Positions 10,036 to 19,767 of a stretch of DNA of 64,000 bases are shown in pieces. Under the pieces are notes generated by a model. It searched no databases. It saw only the letters and a list, made by a program, of their open reading frames with translations, and was not told where the DNA came from. The stretch lies in IMG/VR virus record IMGVR_UViG_3300017917_001342, positions 372,001-436,000 of that record, one strand, 5' to 3'. The position numbers were made by a program, and so were the translations under genes. Each line of letters starts with the position of its first letter. Positions within the stretch are counted from its first letter, which is position 1.

Positions 10036-11165
10036 TTTGGTATCTCATCTCTATCAATATCAATAGAACCGAATCCAATAATAGACTTTTTGAATTCTCT
10101 AGACACATCTGGTAGTTTGTTGTCTGTTAAAAACCAAGACGAACTGTGCCACCTGGCAGTGTCAAACACCATCATTGTGCCTAGCTGCCATTCGTATACG
10201 CTGTGTGTTTTTAAACAAGCATATTCTTTGTAATACTGTGTGTTTGGTGGATTGTATTGCATTACATCAGAATCATACCACCAATCACGTTCATCGTCTG
10301 GTCTATATTTGAAAACTTCGTCGTTGTCCATGTATCGCATTTCACCTTTGCGATAAATCAACTTACGTGGCACAGTGCTGACACGGTCATAGTTTACAGT
10401 ATATGGCTGATGACACGACCACATTAACGGTATAATAACACCCATAACAATATGGCAATCATGTGTTATCAAATTATTATCTACTACTCGCCATGTGTTT
10501 GGTAATGAAACATAATCGGTGTGCAACCCCGCAGGCTCACCAGATTTAAAATATTCAAAATTCCAATCTAACTTAACGTTAAGGTAATTGTTTATATACG
10601 TAGAGAGATAGGTTTTAGTATCAGCCGGTGTAGACACAAATCTATTGTGTCCCTTAGATCCACTTATTTTAACAGTTTGTGATTCTAACAAACTGTTAGA
10701 TTCTAAATTATATTTGTAAATGTCCAAATCAATTTTATTACTGCCATAGCGTATTACGTTGTTTTTTAGTGCCACGCACTGTTTAACTTCATCTAATTTT
10801 ATAAAATTGAGATTTTTTACAGCTTGTTTGATTACAGATGCATAAATGGTATGACGTATATTCCTAGCAATTAACACACCAGAATCCGACAGATACTGTC
10901 TAATGTGTTTATACAATGCATGCCAGTTGACATGTTCTTCTGTGACACCAATTGTTATAATATCATATTTGAATTCGCTGTTAAATGACAATGCCGTTGG
11001 TGCATAAATCTCACTGTAGGCCCATTCTGGAAATTGTGTTTTTGTAAAATCTATTAGCTGTCCATCTGCTTCACCTATTTCCAAAATACGTCCATGTTGG
11101 CCAAATGTAGACATTTGTTGTGCCACTAATTGCATTTCTTCAGGATATATTAGACTTTTGCCCAT
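10032..11165 (-). CDS. Methyltransferase-like / 2OG-Fe(II) oxygenase fusion
   Basis: N-terminal ILEIGEADG aligns with 12088..12642. C-terminal LHTD...MMVFDTARWHSS aligns with 8153..8884. Confidence 0.6.
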   Translation of the reverse strand: MGKSLIYPEEMQLVAQQMSTFGQHGRILEIGEADGQLIDFTKTQFPEWAYSEIYAPTALSFNSEFKYDIITIGVTEEHVNWHALYKHIRQYLSDSGVLIARNIRHTIYASVIKQAVKNLNFIKLDEVKQCVALKNNVIRYGSNKIDLDIYKYNLESNSLLESQTVKISGSKGHNRFVSTPADTKTYLSTYINNYLNVKLDWNFEYFKSGEPAGLHTDYVSLPNTWRVVDNNLITHDCHIVMGVIIPLMWSCHQPYTVNYDRVSTVPRKLIYRKGEMRYMDNDEVFKYRPDDERDWWYDSDVMQYNPPNTQYYKEYACLKTHSVYEWQLGTMMVFDTARWHSSSWFLTDNKLPDVSREFKKSIIGFGSIDIDRDEIPK

Positions 11166-12091
11166 TATTTTCGTTCTTCTTTTTCTATAGAATTAAGACC
11201 AGCGTCGGTACCTCTTGCATCAAACACGCCTTCAATGAGATATCGTAAAGGAGTGCGTATGCCGTATTGCACAGTATTATGACCTTGAGTCTTAAAGCCG
11301 ACATGTATACTGTTGCCTTCTGTTAATCCAAAATCATTGCAGACTTTGCTGTACAACTCACTATAGTTAGACCACCAATAATCTACACCAAAATGATTCA
11401 TCATTTCTACACCTATCCACATGTCACTGACATTGCAATAGTCAAAATCATTCATAATAGCTATTGGACCGTTTACTCGTTCCCTGGTATATCTGATACC
11501 AATACGCTGACTACCCATTCCCAGTGCTTTGCTGAGACTAACACTAACACTTGCGATAGCAGGATGAGACACATCAAATTCAAAATTTCTGCATTGTCCA
11601 AACCATGCACCATCAATATGAACTGGAATATTTCTATGCTCACAGTGATCTAAAAGTAGATCGAAATCATCCAAATGTCCTGTTGTAATGCAGCTTGGAT
11701 AGCTTGCAACAAATACATCACCTGGTACTAATTCAGTGAAATGTTCTATCTGCTTAACGGTAAAATCTGTTAAGCGTCTATGATACTTGTATTCGCCTTG
11801 CATAGTGGCTATACGACCGTTATGCAGCATGTGTAGTTCATCTAGTTGATGCGTAGTACCTAATATTGCGTCACGGCGTGTAAACGTGTCTAATCCGCTA
11901 TAATGAACCAGTTTGTGTGCATTGATCCACTTGTCAATACTAGCAATGAAATGTCTGGTGTATTCGTGTGGATCTTTTGGATATGTAGACATATCAAGAC
12001 CGGCCCGAAATTTAGTAAACTTGCTAAGATACATCGGGCGCTGTCTCTTAGTACCTAGCATTTCAAATGTAATGTCGTCATAAGTCATCAT
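11165..12091 (-). CDS. PLP-dependent (aminotransferase class I/II fold) enzyme
   Basis: HIDGAW (DxA) and SVSLSKALGMGSQRIG (SxSK...G.RIG PLP-lysine motif). Confidence 0.7.
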   Translation of the reverse strand: MMTYDDITFEMLGTKRQRPMYLSKFTKFRAGLDMSTYPKDPHEYTRHFIASIDKWINAHKLVHYSGLDTFTRRDAILGTTHQLDELHMLHNGRIATMQGEYKYHRRLTDFTVKQIEHFTELVPGDVFVASYPSCITTGHLDDFDLLLDHCEHRNIPVHIDGAWFGQCRNFEFDVSHPAIASVSVSLSKALGMGSQRIGIRYTRERVNGPIAIMNDFDYCNVSDMWIGVEMMNHFGVDYWWSNYSELYSKVCNDFGLTEGNSIHVGFKTQGHNTVQYGIRTPLRYLIEGVFDARGTDAGLNSIEKEERK

Positions 12092-12642
12092 TTGTTTCCA
12101 TATGCATAGGACCCATTAACAGATTCTATACTTTTAAAATTTAATGCATTCACAGCTTGATTTATATATTCACCGTAGATTTTGTGTTTTAAATTTCTAG
12201 CGATAATAACACCGTCATTTTTTAACATAGTTGCTGCATGTTGATATACTGTAACCCAATTGATTTTTTTACTAACAAGTCCCATACTGATAACATCAAA
12301 TTTTTGATCAGTGTTCCAATTTTCAAAATATGCTTCTTGTGCAATTGCAAATGGACAATTTTTTGTAAACATATCCTTAGTAATCACATCGCTTAGGTTA
12401 TTAGGAGCAAAATAATCTGCGGCCCAATCTATTTGTAATCTGACTTTTTCCTGTTCCCAGGGATCAACTGCAACGTATGTCCATAGTGGGAATCGTTTAT
12501 GTAAAAAATCAAACAGTCTGCCAGCAGCCGCACCAACTTCTAATATAGATCCTACTTTGCCTTTCGACTCCATTTGTCTAGCAACTAATTCCATTTCAGC
12601 TACGGAGATCCAACCATCTACCATGTTATATCCACTTTTCAA
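12088..12642 (-). CDS. Class I SAM-dependent methyltransferase
   Basis: ILEVGAAAG motif I, YVAVDPW, KFDVI, LKNDGVII. Confidence 0.75.
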   Translation of the reverse strand: MKSGYNMVDGWISVAEMELVARQMESKGKVGSILEVGAAAGRLFDFLHKRFPLWTYVAVDPWEQEKVRLQIDWAADYFAPNNLSDVITKDMFTKNCPFAIAQEAYFENWNTDQKFDVISMGLVSKKINWVTVYQHAATMLKNDGVIIARNLKHKIYGEYINQAVNALNFKSIESVNGSYAYGNK

Positions 12643-13522
12643 CTATTGCATCTAACTTACACGGGCATGCAGAATAATCACACACAATTGGATCAGTTGG
12701 TAATGTATATTGACCTGTTAAAATATTACCTAAACTGCCACCGACATTTTTAGTACAACGCTTTATATTGCCGTTTGGTTCAACCATTAAACGCTTAATA
12801 CCAGCAGTACAAGTATATCCCTTAAATTGATGAAGTCCTTGATCAAGTACATTCATGAACTTTATCTTTTTACCATCGAAATGCAAATTCCTAGGTATTT
12901 CCCAATCTATACCAAACGGTTTCATTTTATTATGATGATTAGTTTGTATCCATTGTCGTTGTTCATCTGTATATTCAAAATAAGAAGTGCCGTTAATACT
13001 GGTTCGAGTAAATTTAGGGGTACACTCTATATCAAGAGTTGTTAGTCTATCATAGAGTTTTTTAGCACGTTCAAAATTGTCAGGTACTACCATAAGTGGT
13101 ACACTTAAACTGGCTTTGTGTTGCATTATATCAGCTACTGCATAAAAATGATCGTCGTCTGCAAATTCATGATGCCAGCTTAAAAACACAAATGCTCGCT
13201 GTGTCTTAAATTGAGTCCAATAGTTTATTGTGCGAGATGCGTTGGTAGCGTATTCTACAAAAACATTATCGTCACTAATTGTATCCACAAATTCTTGGAA
13301 CCTAGGCCATACTGTAGGTTCGCCGCCCAAAACTTCTATATACAAATAACGATTTCGTTGTTTAAGTTCAGTTATTAATTTAATATAAGGAGTCCAATCG
13401 TCTGGCCATCTGTAAGATCCCGATCTATGATAATCGTTGCAATATGAACAACTGTAATTACATACGTTATGTATGAACAGTGTTAAAACACAGCAATTTA
13501 AATTTTCATTTGTGATATGCAT
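12626..13522 (-). CDS. Radical SAM protein (SPASM/twitch-like C-terminus)
   Basis: CNYSCSYC, LGGEPT, TNAS, CTAG...VEPNGNIKRC...CDYSACPC. Confidence 0.9.
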   Translation of the reverse strand: MHITNENLNCCVLTLFIHNVCNYSCSYCNDYHRSGSYRWPDDWTPYIKLITELKQRNRYLYIEVLGGEPTVWPRFQEFVDTISDDNVFVEYATNASRTINYWTQFKTQRAFVFLSWHHEFADDDHFYAVADIMQHKASLSVPLMVVPDNFERAKKLYDRLTTLDIECTPKFTRTSINGTSYFEYTDEQRQWIQTNHHNKMKPFGIDWEIPRNLHFDGKKIKFMNVLDQGLHQFKGYTCTAGIKRLMVEPNGNIKRCTKNVGGSLGNILTGQYTLPTDPIVCDYSACPCKLDAIVEKWI

Positions 13523-13524
13523 GT

Positions 13525-14199
13525 TTATTTTATATGAACAAGATCGTTGTCAACCCACATAGATTTATGTCTATACATTGCCGTGTTGATTTTAACATCG
13601 TAGTTGTGGGGTATGGTTTCAATAGGGTATCCGATTCCTAGAGCAGTTACAACTCTATCATCAATTAATTCTTTGTCGTATTCTTCTTTTAATAATCTGT
13701 ACAATATAGATCTAAAATTGTCATCAAAACATGTACAAAACCCAGTACGATACCCAAGTTGATTAGCTGCTAATGCCAGCATGCCCATGTGTATCCCAAC
13801 TGACGTATGCATATCTTCTGATATAAATCTGTACGAAGTTTTTTCTCTGTTTTCGTTATTAAAATTTGTAGCAACTGTTTCTTCATAATGCTGGGATTTG
13901 TATTCACTGTACGGTAATGCAATTACCAATAACGGTGCAGACATTTGTGCATTATGCGGAGAATGATACCCGTGATCTCTCGACGACATGTACATATCAT
14001 GTATCAGTTCTCTATTTTCAATAAACAGTGTTTTATGCCAAACCACACCTTGCTTCCTAGGTGCAAATTCTATCAGTGTTTTAAATAACTCAACATCATC
14101 AGGTTTAACCGACTTATCGTCAAAATTACGTTGACATAATCTTGCATAATTAATAGAAGATACTAATAGATTTTTATCAATTATCATTAAACAATTCAC
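13525..14199 (-). CDS. Nitroreductase-fold flavoprotein
   Basis: RLCQRNFDDKSV, FAPRK, GMLALAANQLGYRTGFC, ALGIGYP. Confidence 0.7.
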   Translation of the reverse strand: MNCLMIIDKNLLVSSINYARLCQRNFDDKSVKPDDVELFKTLIEFAPRKQGVVWHKTLFIENRELIHDMYMSSRDHGYHSPHNAQMSAPLLVIALPYSEYKSQHYEETVATNFNNENREKTSYRFISEDMHTSVGIHMGMLALAANQLGYRTGFCTCFDDNFRSILYRLLKEEYDKELIDDRVVTALGIGYPIETIPHNYDVKINTAMYRHKSMWVDNDLVHIK

Positions 14200-15523
14200 G
14201 ATATTGCGGTATTATATCTAATACATTTTGGTTTCTAATTTTGTCTAGATCTTTAGTAATTTTAACAAATTGCGGTAACCATTCAGCAGAATAATCTTCG
14301 CTTAACATAAACTTTTCTACACTATCTAAGTGTTTGACAAAGTGCTTTTTAACATGTGTCGAAAAGTTAGTTGCAACTATCCAGGCTTTATATTGCTTGT
14401 AATGTTCTACTACCTGCTGCTTGATGTCAGCTGGTAATACTTTAATGTTATAGTATTTTGGGCTATGACACATATGATAAGAAACAATAGGTCTATATGA
14501 TTCAACTGGATTGAATTTTAACAGATTGCTTTCTGTTAATTTCCATTTCATGAATTCAGGAAAATGGAAAACATTAAACGGTGTTATAGTAAATGCAAAC
14601 CAGCACTTGAGATTAATATCGGTTCTTGCATCTATCTTTTTTAGATTTTCATAGACATGAGTCCATTTTGCCGGAGCCCGCTGATAATCAAATATTTCGT
14701 TGCAGGCATCTATACTTGCACCTATGCGTATTTCTTTAAAATGCTTCCACAGGTCTAATATTTTATCTGTAACGTTAGTGAGATTTGTGTTGTATTCAAT
14801 TTGAATCTCACTTGCTCTACCGTTGGCTACCAGTCGTTCTAACGATTCTATATGCTCATCAATTATAAGAGGCTCACCACCTACAATGTAAAGCTTCTTG
14901 GCATTTTTAGTATGCTGCTCAAAATTACTCCAATACATGTTGGAATTCTTAAACCAATCATATTGATCAGTTGTCCATCGACCTTTTTCATTTTTTACTA
15001 GTTGTACTCGTTCATGAGTGTCTTTGTACGATGTAGATCCCCATAGCTTTACAAAGTCATCATACCATTGATGACTATCTGTAGGACCACACATTCTACA
15101 TTTCAAATTGCAGAAGTTACCGTAGCGTATATCAAAATATTCAATATCTTGTTTAGCAGTATCTATAGTACCGTCAGCTTCAGTAATAGATGCAGCATAC
15201 TCTTTTGTTATCTCCCAATCGTTAAGTTCCATCTGTCGTCGAGATAATACGCCATTTTTTTCTTCTTGTCTGCAACGTTCGCATTCAGAATGCCACTCGT
15301 TGTTAAGCATAGTTGATCTGACGTCTTTTAGTAATGCAGCATTTCTAGCATCGTTGAAATCATCTTTGCTTGCATTGTAAGCAGTGCCATCTGATTTACG
15401 AATTATACCTTTATTAGGACTGTATGAGTTTGCATTACAACAAACTCTAAGATCGCCATTGTTACGTATGTTTATGCTGTTCCATGGTAATGGACAAAAT
15501 GTGCTTTTAGATTCTTCAGACAC
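14177..15523 (-). CDS. Radical SAM protein with N-terminal Cys-rich domain
   Basis: FCPLPW...RVCC, CERC, CNLKCRMC, IVGGEP, YNTN. Confidence 0.9.
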   Translation of the reverse strand: MSEESKSTFCPLPWNSINIRNNGDLRVCCNANSYSPNKGIIRKSDGTAYNASKDDFNDARNAALLKDVRSTMLNNEWHSECERCRQEEKNGVLSRRQMELNDWEITKEYAASITEADGTIDTAKQDIEYFDIRYGNFCNLKCRMCGPTDSHQWYDDFVKLWGSTSYKDTHERVQLVKNEKGRWTTDQYDWFKNSNMYWSNFEQHTKNAKKLYIVGGEPLIIDEHIESLERLVANGRASEIQIEYNTNLTNVTDKILDLWKHFKEIRIGASIDACNEIFDYQRAPAKWTHVYENLKKIDARTDINLKCWFAFTITPFNVFHFPEFMKWKLTESNLLKFNPVESYRPIVSYHMCHSPKYYNIKVLPADIKQQVVEHYKQYKAWIVATNFSTHVKKHFVKHLDSVEKFMLSEDYSAEWLPQFVKITKDLDKIRNQNVLDIIPQYRELFNDN

Positions 15524-15597
15524 TGCAAAGACCTTAAACTAATGTATCACAATAGTTTAAAGCCTTTGTAGAGTATTTTGTATAAACAACTGTCAAT

Positions 15598-15624
15598 AAA
15601 AAACCGGGACAAGCCCGGTTTTTT
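15598..15624 (-). terminator. Intrinsic (bidirectional) terminator after tail sheath gene
   Basis: AAAAAACCGGG-ACAAG-CCCGGTTTTTT perfect stem with T-tracts on both strands. Confidence 0.85.
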
Positions 15625-15628
15625 AATC

Positions 15629-18600
15629 TTATATAGTTCTGTTACCACCAGGCATTGGATCGCCTGTGTTAAGGATACGTATCGGTATGTAGATAAATTC
15701 GATTGCTTTTTCTGGTTTAATTGCAATGTCAATCCACAATTCGTTAGCATCTATACGTGCAGGTGTGTTGTTGCTTTCGTCACAAACTACAGCAAAGTCA
15801 TACAGCGCACGAAGTCCTACTAGGTTACCCATGAAGCTGTTGAATGTGTTAGTCACACTCTGACGTGTCTGCTGATCGTTCGGTTCAAACAAGAACGGCT
15901 TAGCCAAGTTGTCGAGTTGATACTTCATGTAGTTAATCAAACGTGCCACGTTGATTCTATCCATTGCAGATGCAACAGGACTCAATGTCTTCTGTCCGTA
16001 TATAACCAAACCGCGTCCAGGTATGAATGCAATTGGGTTAATACGATTTACGTAAAGTACATCACGTTGACCTTGGTTTAAGCTAACAGGTTGGAATGTA
16101 CCATCTGTTTTGAGATAGCCTACGCTGGTTACGCCTGTAACAAGACCACGATTGAAGCCAGCTGGTGCAAACCACGGATATGCTACTTGGTCATTGTATG
16201 CAATAGTACGCAGCGCCATTTCACTTGGTGGTACAAGTACCTGAGCACCGTCGAGGTTAGTTGCAAGTGCCCATGGATAGTATAGACCAGCGTATGGACT
16301 ACTACTAATCAAACCGTTTATACCATTTTGGTTAGCATTGTTGATATTAGTTGCCCATGCTTGCAAGCTAGTACCATCTGCGGCTAGTTCGGCTGGCGGA
16401 TCAGCAACAATGAACGCAGTTTCCTTACGGTCTGTATTGAGTGTGATCATTTCGTCGATACATTCAATATAGCCAGGTGTTGCAATCAAGTTGTAGTTAA
16501 CAGCTTCAGCACGAATTTCTTCGTTACTTGTTAATGCAGCTTGCAATGCAGTTACAATGATCTGTCGCTGTGCAGCAGAACCCATATATGGAGTACCATC
16601 TGGTGCATTACCACTTGCGGTTACCCATGCATTTGAATCATATGGTGCTTGCAAGTTAGGGAAGTAATCTACTACATAGCGTTTTACGTTGTATGTGCTG
16701 TAACGAGTGTTAAACAGCAACATACCGCTTGGATATAGTTCTGCATTAGGTGCATCGCTGTCTACATAGTTGCTAGTTACCATATCGCTTGGCAATTGAC
16801 TGCCGTTGATTAGACCGTCGTCGTTCCATCTTGCATCAGTGAATATAATTCCGCCCGGACTGCTGTGATCTGTGTTATCAACTAGTACCCAAGCACCACT
16901 TACTGCATCATATCTGTAAATTACAGGATATGGTGTTGATGCACTGTCAATCCAAATGTCGTTGTCTACAAGATCAGTACCATCGCTTTGTGTGGTTGGT
17001 TCAACACCGCTAATAATAGGACCATTAGGATCTGTTGCAGGATAACGGTTCTTATAACCCTGCCATATTTGTCCATTGCCTACCATTATATCAACACGAA
17101 GATCGGTACTGTACCAAAGGGTGCCATTTGCTGGCGGACCTGCTGGAGCCGAAGTTGATGCTGTGTAATCTAACAGTGTCCATGCTGTACCATCCCAGCG
17201 ATAAATCATGTGATTTGCTACTGGTGGGTTGCTGTTGTCATAGCGAATGTAAAGTGTGTTAGTTGACTTGTTGCTACCAAATGCAGCATTTGCAACAGCA
17301 TCACTACTATACATAGGTACATAACCTTGGTTTGGCACAGTGTTCTGTCTTACCCAATTTGTACCGTTGTACTTTTTAACTACGAAGTTTGCACCACGAT
17401 CTTGGTATGTAGTGTTTATCCAAACGTTATTTGGTGCAAGTTGTGTTAATGCACTAGGCACTGTTAATGTTGGGTAGTAGCCGTAATAAGTCAATCTACG
17501 ACCGTATACATAACCAACATCAATACCTGCACTGTTAAGCGGAGTACCACTTACATCGTTAACTGTGAACTGTGTACCATTAGTGTTTGTTATAGTTAGA
17601 TAACTGGTGTTTGTTATAGATGCTACAATTGGTCCCTGTGGGAATGCAGCATTGATTGCGTTTACAACACCTTGAAGTGTGTTGTTTGGTGCTACAGGTA
17701 CGTTAATTGTAGTAGCAATACCAGTACCAGGATCTATTGTAAATGTGTTACTGGTTAAGAAGCCCATTGCTACGTTAAATGTAGCATTACTACCAGAACC
17801 GCCGCTTACAGCAATAGGGTTAGTTGGGTTACCAGTATAATTACCTGGAGTAGTAACACTGGTAGTAGCAACACCCCATACAAATGTGAAGTTTGCATTA
17901 CTACCACTACCACTTGTACTAGTTGGTGCAACAGGGTTACTAGGTGTAACACCTGTGTACTGGCCACCTGATACCAACGCAACAGAAGTAATAACTGTAC
18001 CACTCACACCGTTTACACGCAATATAATCGGACTAGTGTAGTTTGGACCTGTGAATGTCAATGTGTCGTTAAGCTGATAGTTTGAACCACCGGCACTTAC
18101 TGTTGGTGTACCAACAACTTGGATTGCAGTGACAGTTAATTGTCCTGCAACTGAATATGTACCGCTGCCAAACAGTGTTAACAAATCACCAACTGCATAT
18201 CCTGTACCAGGTGCTACTACAGTTGCAGAGTTAACTTTGGTAGTTGCTGCAACAAATGTTGGGTTAGAAACTGTGCCAGTTATAGAACCATAATATGTTG
18301 TAGATGTTGAAATACCTGCATCTAACCAAGGTGTTTGTGTACCAGCTTGAGTACTGATGTCATTAAACTGTGTGTTTGTACCATCATAGTTTGTAATTCT
18401 CAAGTAACTAGAACTACCAACTGTGTATTTGCTTGCGAATGCATTAAAGCTGTTTGCATCTAACACATCATTGATATCAGAAATAAAACTATCAAGTGAT
18501 GTACCAGACAATGTGATAATAACAGGTGAACTATTACCAATTGCAATAGTGCATTGTTCAGCTGCTGTGAATGTTGGATTTGCTACAGTACCTGTTATAA

Positions 18601-19663
18601 CACGTGGTTCTGCTTCTCTCCATCCCCATCCTGGGAATGAACTGTCAGTACCGCCAACTTTGAACCAATCATCTGCACTGGTGTATGTTGTAGTCTGTGT
18701 GATTTTTTGCCATATGCTGTTCTGGTTTACACCTGAGGCATCTGCATATGATACAACTACATAATCACCCGGATTGCCATATGATGCTGCTGGTACTACA
18801 AAGTTAGTAGGATTTGCAACAAGAGCAAGATCTGTTAGAACGCTAGTAGTTGAACCGCTAAGACTAATTGCAGTATCTGGATTTGTGCAGACTATACGCA
18901 GATAGTACATATCGTATATTGCACTAACAGTTACATCTGGTTTGCCTTCTCGTACATAGACTGATGCACTTATACCTAACAATGCCACTGTTTGAGTGTT
19001 GTTGATTGCGCTTGCTACATCTGTAACGCTCATGTTAGCTGCGATTGCAACCGATGCACCGTTGATAACAAGTGTACCGGCAGTTGTAATGATGTCTGAA
19101 CTACCGCTAATGCTGATATCACCACTTTGTACCATTCTTCTAAGATTGGTAGCAGTGTCTAATACAGTAGGTGTCTTGTTAGCCCATGCTAATGCACTGT
19201 TTACATTACCGTTGCTTTGGAAAATACCAAAAGTAGATGCAGCAGTGTCTAACCAGTATTGGTTAGTACTTGGTTCACCGGTTGGTACAGTTGAACTAGG
19301 TACCATCTGACCTAAATCAACATCTGCTCTTAGAATATATGCAGTGTTTGCAATGCCAAGATATTGATATGCTGTAAACAAACCTAGTTCGTTTAGTTGG
19401 TTGTCGTATTGCGGAGTACCAGCAGCAGAATAAAATACAGGAGTACCAAATGTCTGTAACAGATCTCTTTGACTTGTTACTAGGTACAATTGGTTAGCAT
19501 TAGCTGCCAGTGTACCTTGTGCATAGGTAGTAGCACTACCAGGTACAAATTTATTAGCAGCAGTTGCTATTGCTATAAGAGGTATTGTGCCAGTTCCTGC
19601 GCTGGCATACTGGCTTTCGTCTGTAACGGTAACGCTTACGCCAGGTGAAACTAAAATTGCCAT
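15629..19663 (-). CDS. gp18: Contractile tail sheath protein with very large internal insertion
   Basis: N-terminal LVSPGVSVTVTDES and C-terminal YPW...PWFAPAG.NRG...INPI...IYGQKTL...RINVARL...FEPND...IKPEKAIEFIYI sheath motifs. Confidence 0.93.
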   Translation of the reverse strand: MAILVSPGVSVTVTDESQYASAGTGTIPLIAIATAANKFVPGSATTYAQGTLAANANQLYLVTSQRDLLQTFGTPVFYSAAGTPQYDNQLNELGLFTAYQYLGIANTAYILRADVDLGQMVPSSTVPTGEPSTNQYWLDTAASTFGIFQSNGNVNSALAWANKTPTVLDTATNLRRMVQSGDISISGSSDIITTAGTLVINGASVAIAANMSVTDVASAINNTQTVALLGISASVYVREGKPDVTVSAIYDMYYLRIVCTNPDTAISLSGSTTSVLTDLALVANPTNFVVPAASYGNPGDYVVVSYADASGVNQNSIWQKITQTTTYTSADDWFKVGGTDSSFPGWGWREAEPRVITGTVANPTFTAAEQCTIAIGNSSPVIITLSGTSLDSFISDINDVLDANSFNAFASKYTVGSSSYLRITNYDGTNTQFNDISTQAGTQTPWLDAGISTSTTYYGSITGTVSNPTFVAATTKVNSATVVAPGTGYAVGDLLTLFGSGTYSVAGQLTVTAIQVVGTPTVSAGGSNYQLNDTLTFTGPNYTSPIILRVNGVSGTVITSVALVSGGQYTGVTPSNPVAPTSTSGSGSNANFTFVWGVATTSVTTPGNYTGNPTNPIAVSGGSGSNATFNVAMGFLTSNTFTIDPGTGIATTINVPVAPNNTLQGVVNAINAAFPQGPIVASITNTSYLTITNTNGTQFTVNDVSGTPLNSAGIDVGYVYGRRLTYYGYYPTLTVPSALTQLAPNNVWINTTYQDRGANFVVKKYNGTNWVRQNTVPNQGYVPMYSSDAVANAAFGSNKSTNTLYIRYDNSNPPVANHMIYRWDGTAWTLLDYTASTSAPAGPPANGTLWYSTDLRVDIMVGNGQIWQGYKNRYPATDPNGPIISGVEPTTQSDGTDLVDNDIWIDSASTPYPVIYRYDAVSGAWVLVDNTDHSSPGGIIFTDARWNDDGLINGSQLPSDMVTSNYVDSDAPNAELYPSGMLLFNTRYSTYNVKRYVVDYFPNLQAPYDSNAWVTASGNAPDGTPYMGSAAQRQIIVTALQAALTSNEEIRAEAVNYNLIATPGYIECIDEMITLNTDRKETAFIVADPPAELAADGTSLQAWATNINNANQNGINGLISSSPYAGLYYPWALATNLDGAQVLVPPSEMALRTIAYNDQVAYPWFAPAGFNRGLVTGVTSVGYLKTDGTFQPVSLNQGQRDVLYVNRINPIAFIPGRGLVIYGQKTLSPVASAMDRINVARLINYMKYQLDNLAKPFLFEPNDQQTRQSVTNTFNSFMGNLVGLRALYDFAVVCDESNNTPARIDANELWIDIAIKPEKAIEFIYIPIRILNTGDPMPGGNRTI

Positions 19664-19696
19664 ATGTCAAATCCTTTGATTTGTTGTGTGCTGGTT

Positions 19697-19703
19697 TATT
19701 TAG
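19697..19703 (-). promoter_or_regulatory. T4-like late promoter CTAAATA (sheath)
   Basis: 34 nt upstream of sheath ATG. The same motif recurs before most structural genes. Confidence 0.65.
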
Positions 19704-19758
19704 CGGTTGCCAGCAAAAAACCACGTCTTGAAACGTTTGTAATAGCGTTATTAACAGT

Positions 19759-19767
19759 TGATATAAT
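19759..19767 (+). promoter_or_regulatory. Extended -10 promoter TGaTATAAT
   Basis: About 40 nt upstream of the dNMP kinase start. Confidence 0.45.

Noticed and set aside
3649-15523. Assignment as a canonical queuosine/7-deazaguanine or known thymidine hypermodification locus
   Set aside because: No QueD, QueE, FolE, DpdA, 5-hmU kinase or amino-acid:DNA transferase is recognisable in the window.
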